A stretch of DNA of 64,000 nt from Podarcis gaigeae (lineage: Eukaryota). The stretch lies in the NCBI GenBank assembly GCA_964106915.2, contig OZ066923.1, one strand, 5' to 3'. A program made the translations under genes and the position numbers. Shown one piece after another: positions 1 to 12,219 of the stretch (position 1 is its first letter; every line of letters starts with the position of its first letter). The notes below the pieces were generated by a model that was not told where the DNA came from, did not search any database, and saw nothing but the letters and a program-made list of their open reading frames with translations.

Positions 1-1261
1 TCCTATCTGGTAGAGTTGCCATGGTGGAAGAGAGAGTGAACAAAGAAATCATCACCCAGGATGAGGGGGTGTGACCTAGTCAAGTCTAGCCAAAACAGCA
101 TACTCTACTGTCTTAACCCCTTCATGCAAAGCATGCTGGTTTATATGAGGCAAAATTTCCCAGACCAATCAATCCAGATTCTGAGTGAAAGCATTCCAGA
201 ATGATATAGCTGCACAGTCCTGAGTTGGGAGATTTAGAAGTAGAGATCCAACTTTTGGCAGGTGCTCACAAAGTAAATCAGTAGCTGCCCAGGGCAGTTC
301 AAGGACTGCATTTAATAATTTGGTTACTCCCTGTCCTGACTGAGAGGTACAAACACTGACCCGTGACAGTTTCTGTTGTTTAATACTGCAAAGACTTTCC
401 ATCTCTCCAACAAGGAAACAGCAGCATGACCAAATAGCAGTGCAAGTGTACCTTACAATATTGTTCTGTCCTATCTCTTTTGTTGTTTAGCCTACTGAAC
501 ATTTATACAATTAGAAATTATTTCCACAGAAACTGAATTTGCTCTGTTTTCTTCTGAGCAGTCTCCATACTAGTTTTTCCAACTACAGAGAAATGGACTG
601 TACATGCTCTGATCAGCCACAGAAAGCTGCCTTTGTACAGCATTATAGGAGTAAGTGTTACATAACTAGTCCCTTTTCTAAGTGGATGGCGTTGCTGGAG
701 GACAATTACCGAGCAAAGTGTTGAAAACAGATTATCATCAGTACACAAAGGAAGCTCTCACTGTCCTTGTCACTCTTCCGCTACTCCAGTTCTCTTCACA
801 GTAAGGGGGAATTGTTGCCAAGGTGGTGCTTTGACAAGTCCTCTTTTTGGTACAAAGCTGTTTTACCTCAATAGCTGAGTCAAGAAGTAGAGCGTTGTAT
901 AAACTGCAGGAAACAGAAGTTTCTGTGGGGTGTAGTGACTTATATGTGGGACCAGGAGCCCTAGATTCAAATCTCCACTCAGTCATGAAACTCACTTTGA
1001 GTCTGTCTGCATCTGCCTGTCTTTCTCTGCAGTAGGTTAAAATGAGGGGTGGGAAACCATGTACACGATCCAAAACACCTTGGAAGAAGACAAGTTGTCA
1101 TCTGGCTCGCCAGCAAAGGAACATCAACCTGCTGCTCCTTCTTCTATCACTAGGTGGTGAAACAGAAGTCAGTTTAAGTCAGTTGTACTACCAGCTTCCA
1201 ATAGCTCCTGAGTTATTTCACTGGGCAGTCTCCTCACTTGAGGCCAAACTAAGTCTTTGAG

Positions 1262-1400
1262 CATAGGTGCCAACTCCCTGGGGCCCTGGGTGCCTGAACA
1301 CACACAACAATTTCCCATGAAGAGGCTGAGCACCCATGAACTCTGCATGGCACCCATGGCCCCAGGCACCCACAGTCATGGGACCAAGTTGGCACTCCTG
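1262..1400. mobile_element. Non-autonomous hAT-type MITE
   Basis: Imperfect TIRs CATAGGTGCCAACT...AGTTGGCACTCCTG; perfect 8-bp TSD TCTTTGAG at 1254-1261 and 1401-1408. Confidence 0.8.
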
Positions 1401-2304
1401 TCTTTGAGCAACCGGTCTTGCCCCAGCTGCACATCAGTAGTTCCTGCACCCCCATCCTCCTGCATGATCAAGCACTTAAGCTGCTGGTAGTAGTCCTATT
1501 GACCCCTTGGGGCAGAGTTTTATCCTCCCAGATCTCCAGATAGGGCTGTGTACCTGCATCCCAAAGCACCCCACCGTGTCCCCTCTGCAGCCTCCAGAAA
1601 AAGCTTGGTCTCTTCTCTCCTTTCCTCTCCATCTGCTCCACCTTGCTCCCTCTGGCTCCTAAGGCAATTTAAATGGCCCAGCGCTGGTGAGCAGCCGTCT
1701 GTGTCCATCGTTCTGTTATGCCGCCTGTTGACTAATGTAGACAGTAGACCCACTTTCCTTAAATCAGTTTTGTGGGTGACAGCCACTGGTGCTCAAATCA
1801 CAGCTTTTTAGAAGGCTACTGGGGGAAGGCAGCATGATTAACTAAAAGTGGAGTCAAGGATTGACACTTGTGGGTTTCCTTTAATGATGCCACCACCTTT
1901 TCGCCCATAATTCAAGACCTGACAGGCCACATTAATGTAGAGCGGAGTATGTTTGCCTCTACTCCACACAATATTTTTCCTGCTGAAGAGGCATACATGT
2001 TACTTTCCCAGGGTATACTGAAAGTATAGAAGCCAATATAAACAGGTAATTTAGCCATGACCTTCCTAAACAAGATTAAAGCTGTTAACATGTACACCAT
2101 CAGAATAAGTATAACTGCCTTTTAGAAATCAGTGGTGCTATTTCACCTTCCCCTTCAAAGCAGTGGTTAAGATTAGCAAGTGTTGAATTATGCTGCAAAG
2201 GGATTTTGAACTATATCTTCCTGGTATCAGGAAATGCCAGAGTCCCATATGCCCGCCATAAGGCCAACATGCATGTCGGAAATATCTGAGGAAAACTAGA
2301 TATT

Positions 2305-2370
2305 ATAGAATCATAGAATTGTAGAGTTAGAACGGGCCACATGGGTCATCTGATCCAACTCGCCTAATAC
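2305..2370 (-). mobile_element. CR1-like LINE 3' end fragment
   Basis: ATAGAATCATAGAAT is the reverse complement of the CR1 (ATTCTATG)n tail, followed by typical GGTCATCT..TCCAAC sequence. Confidence 0.6.
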
Positions 2371-2466
2371 CCATGACATCGTTTCTATTCTCTAAAGTTA
2401 CAGATATTTTGCTTAAAAGAAAGAAAGAATTTAAGCTGGGCAGTGGAACCAATCTTAATAGGTCCC

Positions 2467-2467
<1 letters not shown>

Positions 2468-2514
<47 letters not shown>

Positions 2515-3060
2515 CCCACCTCTTTCCCTGACAGGGGCTCAAGGTGACTTACATATGCAATAATAACAGCTAAAAACTTGGGGTTTGTCATTAAAAATAA
2601 TTGAACACACATATATAAATCTGTTCAAAACATACAGCTAATTACAATAAAGTCAGCACACTACCAGCCTTTCATTAATAGCAGTCATTTCCCCCAAGCC
2701 TGTTGGAATAAAAAGGTCTTCACCAGCTGGCAAAAGGGCAAAAAGAGAGTTCCAAAGTTTGGGTGCAACCACTGAGAAGGCCCTACATTCCTACCAACAT
2801 TCCTGTGAGGGTGGCAGGACCAAGAGAAGAACCAATAAATCTCAGAACCCAGGCAGGTGTGTATGAGGGAATGAGGTATTTCAGATAGCTTGTACCTAAG
2901 CCTTATAGGGTTTTATAGGTCATCATCAGCACTTTGAATTGTGCCTGGAAACGGACTGATAGGCTGTGGAGCTGTGGTAACAAGGGAGTTGCATACTCCC
3001 TATAACTCGCCCCAGACAACAATCTGGCTGAAGCTCTTTAAGCCAGTTGAACTGCACTAA
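2468..3060 (-). mobile_element. L2-like LINE 3' fragment with (AAT)n tail
   Basis: (ATT)n run at 2468-2513, then sequence resembling the L2 3' UTR and ORF2 C-terminus (TTGAATTGTGCCTGGAAAC is the reverse of the LP..FQAQFKVL region). Confidence 0.65.
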
Positions 3061-3647
3061 CGAAGTTATCAAAATCAGCAACAGAACTGGACAATTTCAG
3101 AGAGATTAAGTTTTAGCCCAGGAGCTAGCAACCTTTAACCTGGAGGGAGAGAAGAAGAGCAAGCAGAGAAACATTGGGGCAGGGGGAGGCCTATAACAGA
3201 TGGAGGGGCCATTCTGTAAACAGTCAATCAGACCTCTGACGAGAGCAATCTATACCCACCCCAAAAGCCTGCTGAGTGGATGAGAGGGAAGAGAAAACGG
3301 TTGAGAGAGAGAGAAAAGATGGCTCTGCCCAGTTCTGGCTGCTGACTTTTTCCTTGCATCCAGCTTCTAACAGTGTTATAAGCTAATGCAGTCTTAGACT
3401 AAGGTCCTCCTCAGACAACCTGTTTATTGATCATTCATCCTGATTTACTTGTACAGAGCTTACACAGAGGTTAGATTATATCCAGTCTTTATTGAGCATC
3501 AGTTCCAATTCGTTTGTGGGGCAGTTATATGACAATGAACAGGCAGAGGGCCTTCTCAGTAGTGGAACTCCTCCCCCTTCCCATGTCAAGGAGATAAAGA
3601 ATTATACAATTTTTAGAAGACATCTGAAGGCAGCGCTGTATCAGAAG

Positions 3648-3860
3648 CAGATAGGTAGCCGTGTTGGTCTGCAATAGTCAAAACAAAAAAAATTCCTTCC
3701 AGTAGCACCTTAAAGACCAACTAAGTCAGTTCTTGGTATGAGCTTGGTGTGTATCTTGGTGTGTATCTGAAGAAGTGTGCATGCACACGAAAGCTCATAC
3801 CAAGAACTGACTTAGTTGGTCTTTAAGGTGCTACTGGAAGGAATTTTTTTTGTTTTGACT
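3648..3860. mobile_element. Penelope-like element remnant (inverted pLTR fold-back)
   Basis: Perfect 70-bp inverted repeat (3676-3745 / 3791-3860), GTAGCCGTGTTGGTCTG terminus, hammerhead core, flanking direct repeat CTGTATCAGAAG at 3636-3647 and 3859-3870. Confidence 0.8.
3763..3800 (+). ncRNA. Minimal type I hammerhead ribozyme motif (Penelope-type)
   Basis: Stem I GTAT/ATAC; core CTGAAGA 3767-3773; palindromic stem II GTGTGCATGCACAC 3775-3788; GAAA 3789-3792; minimal stem III AGCT; predicted cleavage after C3796. Confidence 0.75.
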
Positions 3861-3879
3861 GTATCAGAAGGTTTTTAAT

Positions 3880-4227
3880 AATAATATTCATTCATTCATT
3901 CATTCATTCATTCATTCATTCATTCATTCCTACCCATCTGGCTGGGTTTCCCCAGCCACTCTGGGCGGCTTCCAACAAAATATTAAAAATACATTAAAAC
4001 ATCAGTCATTAAAAACTTCCCTAAACAGGGCTGCCTTCAGATGTCTTCTAAAAGTCAGATAGTTGTTTATTTCCTTGACACCTGATGGGAAGGTGTTCCA
4101 CAGGACAGGCGCCACTGCCAAGAAGGCCCTCTGTCTGGTTCCCTGTAACTTCGCTTCTCGCAGTGAGGGAACTGCCAGAAGAACCTCAGCGCTGGACCTC
4201 AGTGAACGATGGGGGTGGAGACGCTCC
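3880..4227 (-). mobile_element. L2-like LINE 3' end with (GAAT)n tail, inserted in a same-family copy
   Basis: (ATTC)n at 3886-3929, then the reverse complement of the family 3' end; direct repeat TTTTTAAT at 3872-3879 and 4228-4235. Confidence 0.7.
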
Positions 4228-4876
4228 TTTTTAATGTTTGATGTTTTTATATATCCTGTAAGCCGCCCAGAGTGGCTGGGGAAACCCAGCCAGATGTGCA
4301 GGGTATAAATAATAAAATTCGTTCATCCCACATTTTTAAAAATGCATTTCCCCATCACTTTCAACAAAGTGGGTTTGTTGCACTAGGATTTCAGAGACCT
4401 TTAATAAATGTCAACCATACTCACCTAAAGTTCCAGCATGTGCTTGAATACCTTCCACCCTGGAGACTCCCCCACTCAAAAGGTTATTCATCACTGTTTT
4501 AGCAAACAGAATTCTTCATAGCACAATATTAAAATGATATAATAAAACAAGCTCAACTTTTTAGAGAAATACCTTGTCCTAAATTATATTCCCTATTGTG
4601 AATTATTACTGGAGATATTGAAATTCTGTGGAGCAGGTTCCTTCAAGGGAGCTTGTGTTGGGCTAAGCTATTCAAAGAGTTCCATCCAGGGTACTCAGAT
4701 CTTTAATTTAATAACCTCCTGATTTTGCTGTGCTTATCACATTCAGGTGCCATGATAGCATCTGTACCTGCGGTCTGCACGACACATTGTTTCTCTAATT
4801 CCATTTAGGATTACATATAAATTGCATGCTGCTCTCACCTTCTTACATATACCTACTAGCATCTCAAGTGGAGTTT

Positions 4877-5465
<589 letters not shown>

Positions 5466-7215
5466 ATTTTTTTTTTTAAAAAAAATCTCATCTCTCTAAA
5501 CATGCTTCCTAAGTTGCTGAAATATTTTTTCTTTAACTTTGTACTCAATACATTTAACAAGCAGCTCTGTTCTTCATGAGGATGTAAGTTTTATTACCGA
5601 CAGAATTACTCACCTTTTAAGACTGTTATTTAGCCCAGTCTACTGGCCAGTCTTCTTTTGTCACATTTAGCATTTTACTGTACTCTGTGTGATGGATGCT
5701 AGGATATAAAGAGTACCATATTAATTGAAATAAGTTTGTAAAACAACCTGGAGAACTCCGGAGCTGATAACAGATTTGAAATTACTCCAGTACATATAAT
5801 TGCCTTGTTTTTAACAAGGTTGTGTCCATGCTAGAGACCTTTAGTTACCACTAAGACATTGCCTTTTTGTAGTCACCTAGATGTGGAATTAAAACAGAGG
5901 TTCTTCACAGCACTGTCCCAGAATTTAGAGGCTTTTATGATGTTTAATTGCCATGGCCTTGGCCTTAAGCTGAGAGTAGGAGTAGGAGACCGCTGAGCCT
6001 AGAGCTGTGGTGATACCAGCTGAGGAACTTGACTTAGGGCTGCAGATGCCCCAAACAGTGCCTGGAGCACACCAAGCTGGTGGTCACAAAAAGGCAAGTG
6101 ATTCTGCTCCTCTTCCCTTTGCTAGATGGTTGGGGTAACTTTCAGTGGCTGTGTGTTCACTATAGCTTTAGAAGCATATATAAAAAAAAACATTACTTCC
6201 CTCAAATGATTATGTGCACTGTAGTTAAGGGTTGCTTGGAATTGTAACTCTGTGAAGGGTAAATTACAGTGCCCAGAATTATTATTTTTTGGGGGTGGGG
6301 AATGTGCTTTAAAGGTACAGTGTGTACATGGCCAGCAACTCATCATCCTAGGAAAATGGGTCTATTCTGCAAAATTCTGCAATGGAGGTGGGCAGGCCAG
6401 CAACAGTTGCTCCTAGGTAGGAAACCAAAGAGGCTGCAGGTATAAATTTACCAGGGTTCTGGATATTTTCATCTTTCCACAGAAGGACAAGTGATGTGAA
6501 TTTTACCCTGACTTGAGATTTATACTCAAATACTGCCATTAATTTTGTACATGTCCCATAAATGTATCACGGATAGGAAACAAAACAGCTTCTTCAGCAG
6601 CTTCCCAAGTGCATAGAACACACACACACACACACAAATAATTTAGAGTGAAAAGCATATTAGTGTTCATCCTTATTATCCATATGCCGTTTATACACCA
6701 ATCCATTTATTGTTTATATAAATGTGATTACTTTGGTCTCTGTAATTCAACTCCCCCCCCCCAATAAATAATAATCCTTCACTTAGAGCAATTACATTTT
6801 TGTATGAAAATACTTACCTTCAACGGAAGATAATAGTTTTCTATTGCGGCATTATTCAGAAGTTATGCCTGTGTGACAAAATAAAACAAAAAGAGCTTTG
6901 TGTTTAGAAATACTCAGCTGATACAAAGACTGATCCTCAGAAGTTCTGTTGGCACCACCCTCTACAGACTGAATTAGGGCTTTTTAGTATATGAAGAAGA
7001 TAAGTCTAGCTGCAGGGCAGCTAGTCTTACTGTGTGTGGCACGGGAGGAGGAGTCACATTCCTGATCTAATTCTTTTTATTCAATTAATTCTTAAATTAA
7101 TTTGCTGCTGTGCAAAGACCCAGCCTACATAGAAATTTCAAAAAGAAAATGTTCACAAAATGGTAGGACATTGTTCTTGGGGAAAGGACAACACTATTTA
7201 TCTTTATGTTTTTCT

Positions 7216-7302
7216 AACAACAACAACAACAATAATAATAATAATAATAATTTATTTATACCCTGCCCATCTGGCTGAGTCTCCCCAGACACTCTGGGCG
7301 GC
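7216..7302 (-). mobile_element. Short L2-like 3' end with (TTA)/(TTG) tail
   Basis: (AAC)n(AAT)n then CCCATCTGGCTG..CCCCAG.CACTCTGGGCGGCT; same family as 3930-3970. Confidence 0.7.
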
Positions 7303-7632
7303 TGGGGATGAGCACTCCTCAATTTGGATATTACAACTAGGGAAATTCAACCTCTAAACTACAGGTGGGGAACAGCCCCTGGCCCACCGGGCCTCTCCAT
7401 TTGGCTTGCATGGCCATTTTGACCAAACCATACCTACCTGCCCTAAACCTGACATATGCTATCAGGTGTGGGGCAGGTAAGGGCCTGGCTTGGTTGAAAG
7501 GGTCTTTGCAGACCCTACTTCCTAAGTGCTGATTGTTGGGCACTTTGGAAAGCACTGTGCTTGGTGCTGCAGAGCACTTCTCAAACATCTGACAACCAGC
7601 TGGTTGTGAGGTGCTTTGGAAGCACTGTGCTT

Positions 7633-7878
7633 GAAGAAGAAGAAGAGTTTGGATTTGATATCCAGCTTTATCACTACCCGAAGGAGTCTCAAAGCGGCTA
7701 ACAATCTCCTTTCCCTTCCTCCCCCACAACAAACACTGTGAGGTGAGTGAGGCTGAGAGACTCCAGAGAAGTGTGACTAGCCCAAGGACACCCAGCAGCT
7801 GCATGTGGAGGAGCGGAGACGCGAACCCGGTTCCCCAGATTATGAGTCCACCGCTCTTAACCACTACATCACACTGGC
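7633..7878 (-). mobile_element. tRNA-derived SINE, Squam3-like
   Basis: Minus strand begins GCCAGTGTGATGTAGTGGTTAAGAGC (A box) and GGGTTCGCGTCTCC (B box); MIR-like core; (CTT)n tail. Confidence 0.85.
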
Positions 7879-8157
7879 ATTTCCCAAGCACAGGGTTTGT
7901 AAAGCCCACCACTTCTGGTGGATCCAGTTATTGGTCCACATCCACCTTGCCCCGGAATATATACTTCAGTCAGCAGTAGCCCTCTGGCGTGTAAGGTTTT
8001 TTCTCTGTCTCCCAAATCTTGCTTTTCAGAACGGGTGCTAGACTCTAAAGAAACCTTTTCCAACCTGGTGCCATCCAGATTTTGAACTGTGGTCAAGCTG
8101 GCAGGGGGTGAGGGAAGTTATAGTCCAAAACGTTTATAGGGCACAAGCATAAAGAAC

Positions 8158-8333
8158 ATTGCGGCTCAGTAGAGAATCCACTTTGCCTGCAGAAGATCTC
8201 AGGTTCAATCCCAAGCATCTCCACAGGACTAAGAGAGAAGTCAGAGAGCTGCTGCCAGTCAGTGTAGGCGAAGCTGGCCCAACGGGACAATGGTCTGTCT
8301 TGGCATAAGCCATAAGGCATCTTTCTAGGTCTC
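8158..8333 (+). mobile_element. Degenerate tRNA-derived SINE, Squam2-like
   Basis: GGCTCAGT..AGAG A-box remnant, GGTTCAATCCC B box at 8202-8212, GAGAGCTGCTGCCAGTCAGTGTAG body. Confidence 0.65.
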
Positions 8334-8949
8334 ATCTAGTTACATTTGTTTTGCAATTCAACTGTCACACAAGTCGCTCAGAGAGCGTTATGTTTTAAGG
8401 CAGCGTACAAATATTGTAAATATACAAAAATAAGAACAGCACAGTGCTTGCCACAATGGCCAACCAGGTCCCTTCAGGAAGGCCACAAGCAGGGCTCAGA
8501 AGGCAATATATTGCTCCTGGTGTCACTTGCTTGTCCCCAAGAAACACATTTGACTCGTCTTCTGATATTTGAGTAGAAGGGTACCTCCATAATTTTGAGA
8601 CACCTGACGGATGTCAGATGAAGGAAGAACATTTTTGTCTGTATTAATGATTTTACTTTTTAGGCTGTAAGCCGTACCAAAGAAAAAAGACATTCCAAGC
8701 TGAGCCACAAATTCAAATCTTTATTTCCAGCGGGCAGTCAACACTCAAATAGAGAAGAGAGCGTTATTTTCCTTGTCCAGCAGGGAAAACATCCCCTACC
8801 ACAAATTCCGACTACTAGACACAATACATTTTTTAAATATAGAGAAGTCTGGATCGTCAGGAAAGGCTTTGGAAAGCAATGCATGTCGAGCTTCCTCAGC
8901 CCTCCCCTTCAAGTCTGTACTGTAAAAGGGGAAAACATCAAAGGCCTAT

Positions 8950-9650
8950 TTCTAATGGGCGGCGCCGCTGGAACGTGTGAACAGTTGCGGGCCGTCAGAA
9001 CGCTCGCGGGCGGGGGAAAGCGAAACGGGAGCGGGCGAGGGAAGGCAGCCCTTTTGGGCGAGGGCGCGCCGAGCTCCTAGGCGTCGGCCGCTGGAGCGCG
9101 CAGGGCGGGGCCTCGCGGGCCGCGGAAAGAGAAAGGGCGGCCCAGAGGGAAGGGGCTTGCCCGGCTACGCTCCGTCGCAGCACCGCCCCCTTGTGGGACG
9201 CTATAAACAGCTGCAAGGGAAACCCGGCTGGCTTCTGCGGGGCGCGCGCTTGTCGCACTTGTGGCGGAGTTGGTGGGGAGCCCTGGGAGAAAGAGCTTCC
9301 GAAGCAGCTGGTGGCCGCGCGCCCAGGTAAGACGCGGCGGCGACGGCGCTGCTTCCTCAGCGGCTGGCTTGATTTTGTTCCCCTTCTGTGTTCGTCCTCC
9401 AAGGTCTCGCCCTTCTGCACAGGCTGGGCGCTTCGCTTTCCTAGGTTTTTAACGGGGGCGCGGGCCACGCTGGGCTGGCGCCTCTGGGTTACCTTGTGCC
9501 ACCTCTTTCGGAACCGGGCTTCCAAAGCGGCTTGAAATCTCCTGGCGGTGGGCATATCCACGACCCCTGGAGCTGGGACGCCCGGCTGTGTTGCTCCGCG
9601 CGTGTGGAGCTCCTGCTGCTCTTCTGCGGGGGGAAGGAAGGAGTATAAAT
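8950..9650 (+). promoter_or_regulatory. CSRP2: CpG island and CSRP2 promoter
   Basis: Sharp GC/CpG enrichment; GC boxes at about 9008, 9103, 9135 and 9183; TATAAA at 9202-9207. Confidence 0.85.
9232..9326 (+). other. CSRP2: CSRP2 non-coding exon 1 (start approximate)
   Basis: About 30 nt downstream of the TATA box; strong donor CAG|GTAAGA at 9326/9327. Confidence 0.75.
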
Positions 9651-12219
9651 CTCTGCACATGCTCGGAGAAGCGAGTTGGGTTCAGGGTATTCCCGTGTTT
9701 TCGTGGGCTCTCTTGGAATGGACGGGCCCTAACCCTAGTCACAGGCAATTTTATCTTCTCCCTTCTCCTGCCACTTCTCCCCACTTTGCGCGGCCATCGC
9801 AGTTGATGGAAGCCGGGTGTTAACCCAGCTGTAAGCTGCGCTTCTCTCAAAGCTTTGCATATAGCGCCCAGCAGGGCCCAGTGTTTCTGGAAAGGTGAAC
9901 GTTTCAGAATTGAACCCATTTTATATATGGCAGCCTTTTCTTCTGCTCCTTGAGCACCTTTTGGAAAAGTTTCACTGGGAACTTCGGGTGGAATGAGATA
10001 ATGAGGTTAAAGGAATTTGTTTAACTCTTGCCTGGAAGCTGCTCTGTTTCCCAGCTCCCTGTGCTCATTTGTAAAGTAACTGCCACTAAGTGGCTTATTG
10101 GTGAGAGAGCAGGAAAGCTACTCAGGGCACTTCTTGTTTCTAAATGATGCTGCTAAGTCTCGTGATGTGAGCGAGCAGTTTGTCTGGAAACAGTTTCCCT
10201 TTACTGTAACGTGCATTGGGTAGAGTCTCTTGGGGACATACAGCTACCTATGGATAGTTGGCTGCTATCCTGTTAATAAAGCAGTTCTTAAAAGCTTGTT
10301 CAGGTTGGCCCTGCATACTAATCTATAATGGAAGAAACTACTGCTTGGTAAATATCCATGTTACGTTGTAGTTATTCTTCTTCATTTATAGATCCTGTTG
10401 AACAATCTTTGGGCAGTTTGTTTTTCCAAGTTTGTGAAATGGCTCTTTTAATAGGCATGGATTAATTAGGAAAAGACCAGCTACGTGTCATAAACCCCTT
10501 AGTGGAAAGCTAAATGCTGTAGGTAATGGGATTTAGTTGCAAGTCACATGCCCTGACAGCAAGTTCAAGTCACCTGCTTGTTAATTGTCTTGACCCCAAA
10601 ATTAGCTACTGCCAGGTTGAAGATAGGCTAGTGGCAGGTTTTTAGTCTTCTAAAAATGAGTGTGCAGCTGTTGACATAAGAAGTAGAACAGAATTGCTGC
10701 AAAATCCATTTAAAGTAGGTGACTCTGGAGACTTTTTATTCCAGTGGCTGGATATATAGAATTTAGAATGTATAAATGTTTATTGCCTATATGCCATTGT
10801 AGTAGTAATCTTGGCCAGTATACGGTATTCTGCTTTTCAAGAAGCCCTTTTATGAGAGACAAAATGCATAGCTGTCTCCCTCACTGCAAGGATTTGGTAA
10901 ACTTCATGCAATACGCCTTCTTCCACACTTTTAAACCATTTTCTTTGGGTTCTGTTTGAAATTGTTGTAAGCAGCTCCAAATTGCTTTTTGACTGAAGAG
11001 TGGTGGCACAAAATATTATAACAGATAATAATAGATGCAAGAGTTATGGCTTTTGGGTTTATAACCCCATAATTGCTTACGGGGGGGGAACTCCCCATTT
11101 TTTGCAACAGATTTTTATTTCTTCAACACCTAGAACAGGTTCTGTCATGAACTGCAAGAGTCAGGAGGATGGAAATGGAAAAACTGAATCCCATTGGCCC
11201 TTGAAGGTAGTTGCATAATTCCTTGGCTCTGTCATGCCTGATTCTTCAAACTTGTTTAACAGCCTGGATACTATCCTGTAGAACAGTGTAGATTATTTTC
11301 TAGCCTAGATTGCCTGCTCTGTGGCTGCTGTTGGATTAGTACTCTTAAAGTTACTCTAACACTTTTAAAGTTTAACAATTAATATATTTACATATTTTGT
11401 TTTGTTTTGTTTAAGCATTTTTACCTTGCCTTCTGTCACACTCAAGGCAGTTTACAATGCAAAATTAGATGCCACAAATTAAAATAACTGGACACAGACA
11501 TAGTAGCACCACAATATTGTATGGACAAACAGAATCAGGTGTGTGGGGACTGCTAGAATTACTGAGATCTAGAATCTGTAAGGAGTTAGGGTCATTCTTT
11601 TCTAGCACAGCAAATAGTACACCCCTCCAAACTGGGAGAACTGGCATTGAAATGGTAAATACATAAGACAAATTCATTGAGAACAAAGCTCTCAATGACC
11701 ACTAGCAATGCTGGTTCCACTTTATGAAATTAGCAATGGAAGCTTCCTCCTTGGCGGAAAAAAATAGTAGCTTCATGAGGACAGGGAGGTATTCCTCAGA
11801 ATGACAGCATAAAGCGAGGTGTGTTTTTTTAAAAAAATGCATCCTGTAATCTTGGTCCTGATCTTGCAGCTGCTACTTATCTTTCTGTTAAATATGTGTG
11901 TTAATTGCAGTTGTTCAAGTAAGGTTGCATCTAGTTTAGCCCTGAGAAATGCCAACTTGCTGAAAATCTCCTACTAAACTCTTTGCCAAAGCTGACTTCT
12001 TATTCCCAAATCATATGTACTGCTGAATGCAACTGCACTATCAGTCACTTTCTGCTCACTAGGAATTTCAGAATAGTTCTAGAGTTGTAATCCACAATAG
12101 ATCTCTTCTGTAGAGAGAGATTTTTCAAATGGAGCAAGTTGTGTTCCAATATGGACTGCTTGATGGTTTCCGAAGTCTCTCCTGCAAGTGGTTCGTGAGT
12201 GCTGCCTTCTTGTAGACTT

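Larger units (their letters stand above)
3535..4320 (+). mobile_element. L2-like LINE 3' end, interrupted twice (pieces about 3535-3647, 3871-3879, 4236-4320)
   Basis: Pieces are reverse-complementary to the copy at 3880-4227; ends in AGCCGCCCAGAGTGGCTGGGGAAACCCAGCCAGATG..GGTATAAATAATAAA. Confidence 0.7.

Noticed and set aside
1-2100. Possible E2F7 3' exons (the expected neighbour by synteny) or another coding gene
   Set aside because: No E2F7-like or other recognisable peptide in the listed ORFs or the frames I read.
2327-2542. Poly-Asn ORF
   Set aside because: Translation of the (AAT)n LINE tail.
7337-8335. 191-aa ORF and tRNA-like A/B boxes
   Set aside because: The ORF runs through SINE/MITE sequence. 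The boxes are SINE heads, with no complete cloverleaf or tRNA gene.
8883-9919. Long overlapping ORFs (up to 221 aa) on both strands
   Set aside because: They arise from stop-codon depletion in the CpG island; Arg/Gly/Ala/Pro-rich with no recognisable domain.
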